Source: a candidate division FCPU426 bacterium
GTDB lineage: Bacteria; Oederibacteriota; Muellerivitia; Muellerivitales; Muellerivitaceae
Direction: 5' to 3'
Length of the DNA: 64,000 bases
Assembly (NCBI GenBank): GCA_963738405.1
Contig: CAVTWJ010000009.1
Location: 32,001 to 96,000 of the forward strand
The position numbers and the translations under genes are program-made. Below are positions 18,015 to 28,069 of this stretch, in pieces. The notes below the pieces were generated by a model. The model saw nothing but the letters and a program-made list of their open reading frames with translations. It made no database searches and was not told the DNA's origin. The first letter of the stretch is position 1; the number at the start of each line of letters is the position of its first letter.

Positions 18015-20144
18015 TTAGGTTCCCTTCAATTGTTTCAAAATTAACCGCGAGGGCGTAAGGTCCAGCGGAGCCTGGCGGGCTTTTTCATAAGATTTTATGG
18101 CTTCCGCGTTCATTCCCTTGGTCTGGTATAAATTCCCCAGTTCAAAACAAATCGCCGCGGTGGGGTAACCCTCACTTACTGCATTTTGAAGCGCCGCCAG
18201 GTGGGCCGGGTAGTCCAGCTTGCCGTATTCGAAGGCCGCCACCTTGTCCCAATAGACCGATTCCAAAAAAGGATCGCCCTTCGCCAGTTCTTCTCCCTTT
18301 GAGAGTTCTTGTAAAAGCACGTCCCAATCCTCATGCGGTTGCCAGAGCCTGTCGCCATCCACTTCCCGCAGGAGTGCGTTTAGATCTCTCCACCGGTACC
18401 AAAATTCATCTTTTTCATCCTCAATGGGAATCACCGCCAAAACCAAGCCTCCATCAGGTTTTTTCAAATCCTGTCCCACCCAAAACCATTGGGTCTCCGG
18501 GAATCTTTTTTCCAAAAAAGGCTGATAGTGGACGTTCACATAGAGGGCTGCCCAGCCGATTTTCCCGGGAAGCTTGAGGCTATCCCACTCGCCGGAGAGA
18601 GGCCTCGAAAAGAGGGAAAGGGTGGCGTCATTCTGGGCTTCGGTATCGAAATCAGCCAGGATCAAGCCTGGGCCCTTTTCTTTCCAGGTTTGTTCTAAGA
18701 CCCGGTAGGCGCGAAGTTTTTCCACCGATTTGACGGGGCGGTCGAAGTTTTCTGGTTGTGCTTCGCAATCGGCCCAGGGTTCCACCAGGCGGGAAAAATC
18801 GAAAACCAGGGAAATCAAAAGCAATAAACCCAGGTAGGGCCAGCGCCGTGGCGGATTCAACCCTTCCAAAAGATAATGAAGGCCTAGGGCGGAAACGAAT
18901 AGAAGCGGGGGAAGCACTTGAACGACCCGAAAAGCTTCCAGGTTCATAGATAGGAGCCCGGGAAGTAAAAGAATTGGAAAAGATAGAAGAACCCATCCCG
19001 CCCATGATTCTTTGCGACGTTGGATAACTTGAACCAACCCCAGGAAAAAACACGCTCCAAGGAGGGGGTTAAGGAAACCGCCCTCAACAGGGCTATAGGC
19101 TGCTTCCCGGTCGAAAGCTCCCCAAAATAAAACGGTCAGGTAATGCCAATCCACTTCCACCTGGTGCGCCCAGGGAAACCATCCGCTCCAGGGGGTCAAG
19201 GAAGCCAAATGATTCCCAAAACCCTCGGTGAGAACCGCCCAAAGGAATGGAAAAGCCCCCAAACCAAGCCCCAAAGCAAACCAAAGCCATAATTTGCGGG
19301 GTTCCAAATTTTTCCAATAATTCCAGGCTGCGAAGAGAACGCACAAAAGCGCTGCTGAAACCCAAGAAGTGAAAGAAAGAAATCCCAAACCCGCCGTAAA
19401 ACCAAAAATAAAAATCTTTAAAAAAGCACCTGCTGTGTTTGGAAGATGGAGAACCCAGGCTAGGGCAATAAGAATTAAGAATTCGAAAAGAGGTAGTGTC
19501 ATGCCTTCATGGCAGTGTCGTCCCATATAGAGGGGCCAGAAGGAGAATGCCAGGAGGGCGAAAAAAACCAAGGCCAGGGAGGATGAAAAGAGCCGCCGGG
19601 CGGATATATACCCTATTCCCAAAGTCAAAACTGAAACGATGGCCGGGGGAAGCCAAAGGCTAAGAAAAGGATTAAACCCCAATCGAACGGCCCAAGCGGT
19701 CAGGAAGAAGGTCAGAGGCGGGGTTTGGGCAAAGGAATAAAAGAAACGGTGCGGCCATTGCTGGCTAATTCTTAAGGCTAGGGTACCGATACCGCCCTCG
19801 TCCGAGTTAGGCCAAGCGGGAAGGGATTGGATGGCGGTTAAGCGGAAGGCTAGGGCAAGAACGATGAATAACAGCCAAGCCCAAGGGGAAAGGGGTGAGA
19901 GGATTTCAATTTTCCAAGGGAGCGGAGAGGGAGCTAGTGGTTTCCGCCAAGCGTTATAAATCGGTATTCCGAATCCGCCCAGTACAAGCGCCAACTGAAC
20001 AAACCCGTTCATGGGGAGAAAGGTCAGCGCCGAACCCAAAATCAAAAACCACCCGAACCAGAGGAACCTGCCATCGAGAGGACTGGTTGAATTGGATTCG
20101 GTCAAGGAAACCTCGTGTTTTTCGGATGAACGCCCCTTCATCAT
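18015..20144 (-). CDS. GT-C membrane glycosyltransferase with C-terminal TPR
   Basis: FRLTAIQSLPAWPNSDEG acidic loop, many TM helices, C-terminal TPR (FELGNLYQTKGMNAEAIKSYEKA); start uncertain (ORF is open to 20252). Confidence 0.75.
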   Translation of the reverse strand: MMKGRSSEKHEVSLTESNSTSPLDGRFLWFGWFLILGSALTFLPMNGFVQLALVLGGFGIPIYNAWRKPLAPSPLPWKIEILSPLSPWAWLLFIVLALAFRLTAIQSLPAWPNSDEGGIGTLALRISQQWPHRFFYSFAQTPPLTFFLTAWAVRLGFNPFLSLWLPPAIVSVLTLGIGYISARRLFSSSLALVFFALLAFSFWPLYMGRHCHEGMTLPLFEFLILIALAWVLHLPNTAGAFLKIFIFGFTAGLGFLSFTSWVSAALLCVLFAAWNYWKNLEPRKLWLWFALGLGLGAFPFLWAVLTEGFGNHLASLTPWSGWFPWAHQVEVDWHYLTVLFWGAFDREAAYSPVEGGFLNPLLGACFFLGLVQVIQRRKESWAGWVLLSFPILLLPGLLSMNLEAFRVVQVLPPLLFVSALGLHYLLEGLNPPRRWPYLGLLLLISLVFDFSRLVEPWADCEAQPENFDRPVKSVEKLRAYRVLEQTWKEKGPGLILADFDTEAQNDATLSLFSRPLSGEWDSLKLPGKIGWAALYVNVHYQPFLEKRFPETQWFWVGQDLKKPDGGLVLAVIPIEDEKDEFWYRWRDLNALLREVDGDRLWQPHEDWDVLLQELSKGEELAKGDPFLESVYWDKVAAFEYGKLDYPAHLAALQNAVSEGYPTAAICFELGNLYQTKGMNAEAIKSYEKARQAPLDLTPSRLILKQLKGT

Positions 20145-20239
20145 AAAGGCGAAAAGCTTCTTTACGAAGCCTTCAAATGAGTGGGACTGGGAATACAGGG
20201 AAAGGATCGGGACAGCTTCGCGGAAGGGATTCGGGCAAT

Positions 20240-20384
20240 AAAAAAGCCGCACGCTCCGGAAGCCCGGAGATCAGGGGCTCACCCTGTAATTAAAGTGGGA
20301 GTGGCCCATACTCTGATTGGCAGCGCGGCGTGGGACTATCCTTCACTCCGAGCCTAGACGATTCAAGACTTCGTTCGTTCCAGA
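20240..20384 (-). ncRNA. Candidate structured RNA (6S-like rod or leader switch) ending in a U6 tract
   Basis: GC-rich island in an AT-rich intergenic region with extensive alternative base-pairing; TAAATT -10-like box just upstream on the minus strand; family not established. Confidence 0.35.
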
Positions 20385-20529
20385 AAAAATTTAACGGCGC
20401 ATAAAATAAGCCAAGTTCATCGGTTGTTTTATCCACGGAATTCGATTTCCGTTTTGAATCAAAAGGGATAAACGAAGAACCTTAATTGAAATTTAATCTT
20501 TAAAATTTTGGAATGTAAACGGACTTTAT

Positions 20530-22239
20530 CTAAACGTAACTGACCCGGCTTTTGGGGGGCTCGGGTTCTTTCTTTACCTTTTTGGGCTTGCGGCGGGAGG
20601 GTTTGGAGTCCGACTTTTGCTTGTAGTGAAGGATCAACAAGACGCCCCCCACCAGAAAATAAACCAGGCCGAATTGCGGGGCGGCGAAAAGGCCGAACTT
20701 ATTTTGCAATCCCGTGTCGGTCAGCCGATAGGCATGGATGAGGCCCGTCATGGCAAGGGCCGCACCGGCGAAGGACCAATAGGCGGCCCGCTCGAATTTG
20801 CGGTCGATGATGTAAACCATCATGGAGGCGAACACCATGGAGGTCAGAAGAAAACCCTGGCTGAGAAAAACCACTCCCCGGATATAGAGAAGGCTTCCGA
20901 ATTTATCCCAAGCCGTGAAGAGTGTCGCGCCCGATACCTGTAGGGTAGGGAGAATCACCATTTGAAGCACGAAGGCGGCGAAGGCGGGGATCAGGCCAAA
21001 GGCAACCGCCAAACCGTGTTCCTTCGGGATTTCCGTAAAGGCCTGGGCCGTGATGATGATGGCGATCCAAAGCAGGATTCCCAAAATGCATTCCTGGGGA
21101 ATCACCTGCAGGAAAAGGGTCACGCCCCCGAAGAGGCACAAAAGGGCGATGATCACTCCGTTCAAGATGGAATAACCGTGGCGGGCGCCCAGGGCTTTCC
21201 AGCCCGGATGTCCGATGTAAATGGTGGTCGGGAATGCGCTTCCGAAAAATCCCGCGGCAATGGTGGCTATGCCGTTGGTCAGAAGAGAGGGTTTGGTGGG
21301 GTAACGGTCGCCCCCCGCTTCGGCGCTTTCAAGATTTTGCAGGGAGCCGATGACGTTGAAGAGGCCCATGGGGAATATGACCGCTAGGTATTTCCAACCG
21401 GAGGAACTAAACATCAAGGCCACGAGGTCTTTCGGAACAGCGTGGGGCGGGTAAAAGCCCCATTGGATGGGGTCGGTCGAAACGTTTAAGGTGATGACGT
21501 GGAGGCTATAGAGGGCCCAGGCGATCAGGCTTCCCAAGAGCACCGCCAAAAAGCCGCCCGGCAGGGAATAGGGCCATTTGATTTTGGAACCGTAGGAAAT
21601 CAGGATCAACATCATGGGGAAAAGCCCCACTAGAGGATTGGCGAAGATTTGAAAGATGAATCCCATGGCGATAAAGGTAATGGCCACTCCGGCCAGGGCG
21701 CAAAGCATGGCGGCCCGGGGAGTGTTTTGCCTCAACCAGTCGCCCGCGTAAGCCCCGCCGATTTCCATCAATCCATTTAAAAAACAAGCGAAGAGCCCGA
21801 CCTGCCAAGCAAGGTGGTAATCATGGGTGTCCTGATAGACCGGTGCGATCACCAGAAAGATAAAGGCGATCAGGCTAGGAGTATTGATGCCGAAGGGAAG
21901 GGCCGTCACGTCAGTGCGGCCGGTTTGAAGGGCCAGCCTGCGGGCCTGCCAAGCGTAAAAAAGATTCCCGATGAGGATAGACAAGGCGGCGCCGGGCAGG
22001 ATCTGGCCGGTGATAAATTCCGTCGGGAAACCGCAAAAGACCTTGCAGAGCCCGCCTACCAGCATCAGTTGAAGAAGATTGTCGATAAAGAGCCCAAAGA
22101 AACCGTCCAGGTCGCCCCGGGTGAACCAGGGCAAATCCCCGCCGGGAATATAATCTTTGGAATGCACGAGAAAGCGCAAAAAGGCAGGATTTTTTTGGAA
22201 CGAGAGGGGCTTTTTAAGGAAATCCATGAGCTTGGACAT
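20530..22239 (-). CDS. NCS2/AzgA-like nucleobase permease
   Basis: GDLDGFFGL, TALPFGINTPS and FPTTIYIGHPGWK motifs; many TM helices. Confidence 0.85.
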   Translation of the reverse strand: MSKLMDFLKKPLSFQKNPAFLRFLVHSKDYIPGGDLPWFTRGDLDGFFGLFIDNLLQLMLVGGLCKVFCGFPTEFITGQILPGAALSILIGNLFYAWQARRLALQTGRTDVTALPFGINTPSLIAFIFLVIAPVYQDTHDYHLAWQVGLFACFLNGLMEIGGAYAGDWLRQNTPRAAMLCALAGVAITFIAMGFIFQIFANPLVGLFPMMLILISYGSKIKWPYSLPGGFLAVLLGSLIAWALYSLHVITLNVSTDPIQWGFYPPHAVPKDLVALMFSSSGWKYLAVIFPMGLFNVIGSLQNLESAEAGGDRYPTKPSLLTNGIATIAAGFFGSAFPTTIYIGHPGWKALGARHGYSILNGVIIALLCLFGGVTLFLQVIPQECILGILLWIAIIITAQAFTEIPKEHGLAVAFGLIPAFAAFVLQMVILPTLQVSGATLFTAWDKFGSLLYIRGVVFLSQGFLLTSMVFASMMVYIIDRKFERAAYWSFAGAALAMTGLIHAYRLTDTGLQNKFGLFAAPQFGLVYFLVGGVLLILHYKQKSDSKPSRRKPKKVKKEPEPPKSRVSYV

Positions 22240-22424
22240 GGGGAAAGCCTAAACGCCGTTTCAAAACCGGTCAAGGCAATTTAGGAAGCTAAAAGACCGC
22301 GGAAAAAGATTTTAGGCCCTGGGTAACGAAAATCGATAGCCTTTGGGCGTCGGGCCGGGATTCCACCCTTGGAAGCAATCGTCCGATCCCATTTAACAAG
22401 AGGGTAAAAATTTGATTCGGGGGA

Positions 22425-22457
22425 TTGACACTCTTTCGGATAATCAGTATTACTGAT
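22425..22457 (+). promoter_or_regulatory. Putative MarR operator next to a -35 box
   Basis: TTGACA at 22425 and perfect palindrome atcagta-t-tactgat at 22443..22457, upstream of the MarR efflux operon. Confidence 0.6.
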
Positions 22458-22490
22458 GATCACAACCATGACGATAAGGAAAAACAATTA

Positions 22491-22988
22491 ATGGTCACCA
22501 AAACCCATTTTGAAAAATCCAATCTCCCGGATGGGATACCCGAAGCTCTTTTGGGCCGAATGGGTTTTTTGCTCAATAAGGGAGCCCAAAAGATCCGGGA
22601 CGCCTACCAAGAGGCGCTGGAACCCCTGGGGATCGACGGAAAACAATACGGTGTCCTTCTGGTCTTGAGCTCCAAAGGGCCGGTGAGCCAGCATGAGATC
22701 GGTCTTTGCACCCGAATCGATCGAACCACCATGGTGGCCATCATCGACGATTTGGAGCAAAAGGGACTTGTGGAGCGGCAGGAACATCCCACCGACCGGC
22801 GGACCCACGCGCTAGTAATAACGGCCAAGGGAAAAGAAGTTATCCCGAAGGCCCATAAGCTGGGCGAGGCAGCCGATAAAAAGTTTTTAGCGGGGCTGTC
22901 GGCCCGCGAGCAAAAAGAAGTTTTACAACTTTTGAAAAAGCTGGTTTTGTCCCATCTTGCCGTTGACGCGAATCGAGGAACGCCATGA
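22491..22988 (+). CDS. MarR-family regulator
   Basis: IDRTTMVAIIDDLEQKGLVERQEHPTDRR winged helix; start ATG 22491 after RBS aagga. Confidence 0.92.
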   Translation: MVTKTHFEKSNLPDGIPEALLGRMGFLLNKGAQKIRDAYQEALEPLGIDGKQYGVLLVLSSKGPVSQHEIGLCTRIDRTTMVAIIDDLEQKGLVERQEHPTDRRTHALVITAKGKEVIPKAHKLGEAADKKFLAGLSAREQKEVLQLLKKLVLSHLAVDANRGTP

Positions 22989-24391
22989 GACGACTGACTT
23001 TATTGTGGACCCTGTTGTTAATGGGAAGTTTGGCCCGGCTGGCCCATAGCCAAGGAATGGAAAAAACGGCTACCGCCACTCCGCTACCCGCCACTTCACC
23101 AGCCGTGACAACGGCACCTTCGGCCCAGCTGGATCTTTCTACGGCGGAACAGGAAGCCCTTCAGCATTCTCCCGAATATCAAAAAGCCGTGAATTTCGAA
23201 AGGGAGACCTCCTGGGGCCAAGTGGAAGCCATCTCGAATGGTTTTATTCCCCATCTTTCCATCGGGGGTAAATATTTCTTCGACAATCAATACGCCCAGG
23301 AGCAGGTGTCCTTCGCGGGTCCCCTCGAACCCTTCCTGCAAAATTTTCCCATCGCTTCCCTATCCTTGGACGCAAGTTTCGACCTTTTCGACGGATTTAA
23401 GAACATCCATAAGCTCGATTCGGCCAACAACATTCACGATTCGGCCAAACTGCTTTCGGACTGGGAATCCTTTCAACTGCAGGAACAAGTCCGGCTTGCC
23501 TTTTACAAAGCCCAAGCCGCTAAGGAACTTTCCGATATGGCGGATCAAAACGTGAAGACCCTGGAAGACCACCAGCGCATCGTTAAGGACCAGCTGGACA
23601 ACGGACAAGCCACCCAATACGACCTCTTGCGGGTGGAGGTCCAGCTTTCGGAAGCCAAGTCGGACCAAATCTCTGCCAACGACGACGTCGTCTTGGCCCG
23701 GGAGGCTTTGGCCCAGGCTATGGGGCTTCCAAGCGACGATAGGAACCTCACGGGAGACCTTCCGGTTTTAAACGCGGATGGCATACTCGCGGCCATGGCC
23801 CCCGCCGACTTTGAAAACAGGCCGGATTTAAAGGCCAAGGAACTTCAAACGAAAGCCGCGGAAGACGACAATGCCGCCAAGGCTGCTTTTTGGTTCCCCC
23901 GGGTTTCGCTCATCGGTGAATACGAATGGTACGACGCCCAGAATTATTTCTTGGGAGCCCCCAGCCCGGTTGAGAATACGGGCAATTTCAACAGCAGCTA
24001 TTTCCTAGGCGCCGCCGCCACCTGGGACCTCTTGGATGGCGGGGAATCCTTCGCGAAAGCCAACGAGGCTGGCGAAAAGGCCCTTGAAGCCCGAAATGAT
24101 TTCGACAGCGCCAGGCTGCAGGCGCCCTACGACTTCGACCTATGGAAGCGCCGCCTGGTTTCCAAGGTCTCCCTGTACCAGGCGAAACTCACCGACATCG
24201 ACAAGGCGAAGGAAAGCGCGCGGCTGGCCACCCTGGGGTTCAAGGCTGGCACCCGCACTACCACCGACGTTTTGGACGCCGAATTAGAGGAATTTCGCGC
24301 GGAGGCTGGCTTGGTCCAAGCCCAAGTCGACGCGCTGGAAGCCCTCATCCACCTTGAAACCGCCGTGGGAAAAAGGATCAGCCATGAGTAA
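22985..24391 (+). CDS. TolC-family outer-membrane efflux protein
   Basis: Signal peptide; GQATQYDLLRVEVQL and GTRTTTDVLDAE repeats; efflux operon context. Confidence 0.9.
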   Translation: MRRLTLLWTLLLMGSLARLAHSQGMEKTATATPLPATSPAVTTAPSAQLDLSTAEQEALQHSPEYQKAVNFERETSWGQVEAISNGFIPHLSIGGKYFFDNQYAQEQVSFAGPLEPFLQNFPIASLSLDASFDLFDGFKNIHKLDSANNIHDSAKLLSDWESFQLQEQVRLAFYKAQAAKELSDMADQNVKTLEDHQRIVKDQLDNGQATQYDLLRVEVQLSEAKSDQISANDDVVLAREALAQAMGLPSDDRNLTGDLPVLNADGILAAMAPADFENRPDLKAKELQTKAAEDDNAAKAAFWFPRVSLIGEYEWYDAQNYFLGAPSPVENTGNFNSSYFLGAAATWDLLDGGESFAKANEAGEKALEARNDFDSARLQAPYDFDLWKRRLVSKVSLYQAKLTDIDKAKESARLATLGFKAGTRTTTDVLDAELEEFRAEAGLVQAQVDALEALIHLETAVGKRISHE

Positions 24392-25238
24392 CGAAAAAAA
24401 GTCGCTCTTAATCAAAATTGTCCTAGCTGTGGCAGTAGGATCGGTGCTTTATTTCGGCATCCACGCTTACTTCTACGAATCCACCGACGACGCTTATGTG
24501 CAGGCCCATGCCTTGATGCTTTCTTCCCGCATCGGGGGAACGGTGCAAAAGGTGCTGGTGAACGAGAACGACCAGGTCAAGGCCGGTCAACTCTTGGCCC
24601 AGATTGACGACCAGGATTATTCGGCGGCCTATAACCAGGCCGTCGCCGACCAGTCTTCCGTGCAGGCGGATTTGGTCCAAGCGGCCCAAAACTACGACCG
24701 CATCAGCCAGCTGTACCAGGAACAGGCCGTTTCCAAGGCCGATTTTGACAAGGCGGTGGCTCTCTACCGCAACTTGCAGGCCCGGCTGAAGGCGGACCAA
24801 TTCAAGGCCGATCAGGCCAAGCTGAACCTAAGCTACACCCAGATCACCGCCCCCGAGGATGGGGCCATCGCCAAGAAGTCGGTGGAGCCCGGCATGGTGA
24901 TCCCCCCCGGTCAGGCCCTTTTTGGTTTTGTTTCCTCCCGGGAGAGGTGGGTGACCGCCAACTTCAAAGAAACCCAGCTCGCGGTCATCAAACCCGGCGA
25001 AAAGGTGGAAGTGGATGTGGACGCGGTGAAGGGAAAGAAATTCGAGGGAACGGTGGATTCGATCGGTTCGGCCACCGGTTCCATTTTCACTCTTTTGCCG
25101 CCTGATAATTCCACGGGCAATTTCACCAAAGTGGTCCAAAGGGTGCCGGTGAAGATCTACCTATTAAACCTAACCGCCGAGGATATTGAACGCCTAGCGG
25201 CGGGGCTGTCTGCGGTGGTGGATGTGAGAGTCCACTAA
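24384..25238 (+). CDS. emrA: HlyD/EmrA-family membrane fusion protein
   Basis: STDDAYV, ANFKETQL and LLPPDNSTGNFTKVVQRVPVKI motifs. Confidence 0.92.
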   Translation: MSNEKKSLLIKIVLAVAVGSVLYFGIHAYFYESTDDAYVQAHALMLSSRIGGTVQKVLVNENDQVKAGQLLAQIDDQDYSAAYNQAVADQSSVQADLVQAAQNYDRISQLYQEQAVSKADFDKAVALYRNLQARLKADQFKADQAKLNLSYTQITAPEDGAIAKKSVEPGMVIPPGQALFGFVSSRERWVTANFKETQLAVIKPGEKVEVDVDAVKGKKFEGTVDSIGSATGSIFTLLPPDNSTGNFTKVVQRVPVKIYLLNLTAEDIERLAAGLSAVVDVRVH

Positions 25239-25322
25239 GGACTCCGTTCCTAACTTTTAATTTCTTAACATTTAAACCTCACGGCCCCTCAAAAGGGGCC
25301 CCCAAGAGTTCGAGGAATCCAG

Positions 25323-26969
25323 ATGGCGAAGTTTTCTTCCAAAACCCCCAGCACTCCCGTCCGCCCGCAGGGCCAAGCAGCACAAGCCGCGCCTGAAAAA
25401 GGTATTTCGCGGGAGGCCCTGATGATCGTCATCACGGCGGGTCTGGCTTCGATGCTCGAAATCGTCGATACCTCCATCGTAAACGTGGCCATCCCCACCA
25501 TGATGGGCAACCTGGGCGCCACCTTAGATGAGATCGGCTGGGTGGTGACAGGCTACATCATTTCCAACGCCATCGTGCTGCCCATCTCGGGCTGGCTGGG
25601 GGTGCGCTTCGGCCGCCGCCGCTATTACCTCACCTGCATCATGCTGTTTGTGGCCTCCTCCGTGGCCTGCGGCCTGGCGCCCAACCTGTCCACCCTCGTT
25701 GTTTTCCGGGTCATCCAGGGCATGGCGGGGGGGGCCCTGCTTCCCACTTCCCAAGCGCTGATACAGGAGGCCTTTCCGGGAAGATCGGGCCTAGGGTCGG
25801 CCCTTTACGGCATGGTGGTCATCATCGGGCCCACTTTGGGCCCGCCCTTGGGCGGCTACCTAACCGATCACTTCGGCTGGCGGATGATCTTCAACATCAA
25901 TATTCCCCTGGGGATCTTGGCGGCCTTTCTCGCCTCCATTTACATTAAGGACCACAAGGTGGAAAGCCACCACGCGGAACACCATGAGCGGATGAAGAGC
26001 GCTCCCGTGGACGCCGTAGGGTTGGGCCTGCTCGTGGCCGCAGTGGGATGCCTGCAGTTCGTATTGGAACGGGGTGAGGCGGACGACTGGTTTTCCTCCG
26101 GCACTATCTTGATCATGACCCTACTCGCGGGCATTTGCGCCCCGGCCTTCATCTGGTGGGAACTGAAGACCGAGCATCCGATCGTGGACCTGAGGCTGTT
26201 CAAGAATATGGCCCTCGCTAACGGGACCTTTCTGATGGCTTCCGTCGGGGGAATGCTCTATTCCCTCATCTTCTTCGTCCCCATCTACTGCCAAAATATC
26301 CTGAATATGAACGCTTCCCAGACGGGGAACATATTTATGCCGGGGGCGATCCTTTCGGGTCTCATGATGCCGGTCATCGGCATGCAGCTGCAGAAAAGGG
26401 ACCCGCGGCTTTTTATTGTCTACGGGCTCTCCTGCATCGAAATCTGTCTCTTTATGATCGCCCACTTCTCCCCCCAATCGACCTATTGGAACCTCTATTG
26501 GCCGCTATTGATCCGCGGGGCCGGGATGGCGGCCCTCTTCGTGCCTATCAACGCGGTGGTGCTGGGACAATTTACCGGGCCCAACCTGGGCCAGGCGGCG
26601 GGCATCATGAACCTGTCCCGCCAAATCGGCGGCAGTGTGGGCATCGCGGTGCTTTCCACCATGTTCAAACAATCCCAGGACCGGGTGTACCACAACATGG
26701 TTAAATACATCAGCCCCTTAAATTTGGGCTTTAACCAGTGGGCCCAATCCGCCAAGGCCCTGGGGTATCGGTTCTCCAACGAGGTGGGCATGATGAATCC
26801 CAATATCCTTTTGGCCAAGGAAGCCTATTTCAGGGTCCAGAAACAGTCCTTCGTGGTCAGTTTTGATTTCATGATGTGGGTGATGGTGTTGGTTTTTGGG
26901 TTGACCCTGATTCCCACCTTTCTTCTCAAGCGTCCGCCCAAGATGGGCGGGCCGATGGACGCCCATTAA
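25323..26969 (+). CDS. emrB: DHA2-family MFS efflux permease (EmrB/QacA)
   Basis: DTSIVNVAIP, WVVTGY, GPTLGPPLGG and WRMIFNINIP motifs. Confidence 0.93.
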   Translation: MAKFSSKTPSTPVRPQGQAAQAAPEKGISREALMIVITAGLASMLEIVDTSIVNVAIPTMMGNLGATLDEIGWVVTGYIISNAIVLPISGWLGVRFGRRRYYLTCIMLFVASSVACGLAPNLSTLVVFRVIQGMAGGALLPTSQALIQEAFPGRSGLGSALYGMVVIIGPTLGPPLGGYLTDHFGWRMIFNINIPLGILAAFLASIYIKDHKVESHHAEHHERMKSAPVDAVGLGLLVAAVGCLQFVLERGEADDWFSSGTILIMTLLAGICAPAFIWWELKTEHPIVDLRLFKNMALANGTFLMASVGGMLYSLIFFVPIYCQNILNMNASQTGNIFMPGAILSGLMMPVIGMQLQKRDPRLFIVYGLSCIEICLFMIAHFSPQSTYWNLYWPLLIRGAGMAALFVPINAVVLGQFTGPNLGQAAGIMNLSRQIGGSVGIAVLSTMFKQSQDRVYHNMVKYISPLNLGFNQWAQSAKALGYRFSNEVGMMNPNILLAKEAYFRVQKQSFVVSFDFMMWVMVLVFGLTLIPTFLLKRPPKMGGPMDAH

Positions 26970-27335
26970 ATGGCTGAGTTCATCCATCAAGCCTCGATCG
27001 TGGAGGCGGCGGGAAATAAACCCAAACGCATTGAGGAATTTTTTGGCCTTGTCAATTCGAAGGAGGGGGCTGTCAGCATTGCCCGTATGAAAAGCCCCGA
27101 GGGCTGGGTGGAGCCGGGGCAAACGCCAGAATTTGAGGAATATACGGTGGTGTTGTCGGGCTTGTTGAGAGTGGAAACGAAAACGGGAGTATTGGAAATT
27201 AAACCAGGGCAAGGAGTTCATCTTTTGAAAGGGGAATGGGTCAAATACAGTACCCCTCATGGCGGGGGCGCCGAATATATCTCGGTCTGTCTTCCGGCCT
27301 TTTCCCCCGCGACGGTCCATCGGGATCCTTCCTAG
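26970..27335 (+). CDS. Cupin (EutQ-like)
   Basis: GWVEPGQTPEFEEYTVVLSG and CLPAFSP motifs. Confidence 0.85.
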   Translation: MAEFIHQASIVEAAGNKPKRIEEFFGLVNSKEGAVSIARMKSPEGWVEPGQTPEFEEYTVVLSGLLRVETKTGVLEIKPGQGVHLLKGEWVKYSTPHGGGAEYISVCLPAFSPATVHRDPS

Positions 27336-27384
27336 GAGAGAGGAAGGGGTCTCTGGGGGGCGGTACCCTGAACCGCCCTCGAAT

Positions 27385-27418
27385 AAAAAAAGGCTGAGCC
27401 CAAAGGCTCAGCCTTTTT
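27385..27418. terminator. Bidirectional intrinsic terminator between convergent genes
   Basis: aaaaaaaggctgagcc-caaa-ggctcagccttttt; overlaps the stop codon of the minus-strand MarR gene. Confidence 0.85.
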
Positions 27419-27875
27419 GTTTTAAAAGGGCCGATTGAATTTTATTTTTGGTTCCCATTTTGACCGGCGTGATCGATTCCGCCACCTTGTCGAGGAGGGA
27501 CAAGAGGGTATTTCGTTCCTCGGTGTTCAAGGGAGCGACAAGGACTTCGGCCACCCGGCCATAAATCTGGTCGATTTCCGCGGCCATTTTACGGCCCTTC
27601 TCGGTCAGCAAAACCTGCCAGCAGCGGTGGTCGGTTTCATGTTCCTGCCGATGGATCAGCCCGCGGGAAATCATGGAGGCGACCGCCCGGTTCACCGCGG
27701 CGGGGTCCGTGGCCGTGGCGCGCGATAAATCCGCCAGGGAGCATTTGCCGGTGGAGTCGATAAACCGCAGCATGACCGCCTGCTTGGGGCCTATTTCCAG
27801 GTGTTTCAAATTTTGGGTAAAGATAAGGTTGAGTTGGCGTCGGACCGTCCTGAATTTTTCATAGGCAATCACCAT
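27408..27875 (-). CDS. MarR-family regulator
   Basis: LADLSRATATDPAAVNRAVASMISRGLI...DHRCWQVLLTEKG. Confidence 0.88.
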   Translation of the reverse strand: MVIAYEKFRTVRRQLNLIFTQNLKHLEIGPKQAVMLRFIDSTGKCSLADLSRATATDPAAVNRAVASMISRGLIHRQEHETDHRCWQVLLTEKGRKMAAEIDQIYGRVAEVLVAPLNTEERNTLLSLLDKVAESITPVKMGTKNKIQSALLKQKG

Positions 27876-27989
27876 TCTTCAAACCCTCCCCTTAATTCTT
27901 TGAGGCCGTTCATGACGGCTTCGGACCTGATCGACTCAGGAATCATTTGAGAAGTTCCAAAGATTGATAAGTCCTGTAATATGGACGAC

Positions 27990-28010
27990 AGTAACTAGTT
28001 AAAAGTTACT
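27990..28010. promoter_or_regulatory. Palindromic operator candidate in the divergent promoter region
   Basis: agtaact-N7-agttact between marR and the cytochrome c gene. Confidence 0.45.
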
Positions 28011-28069
28011 TTTTCAACGGAAGAAACGTCAAAAGCTAGGCAAACGAAGCATCTTGAAGGGAAAAATTC

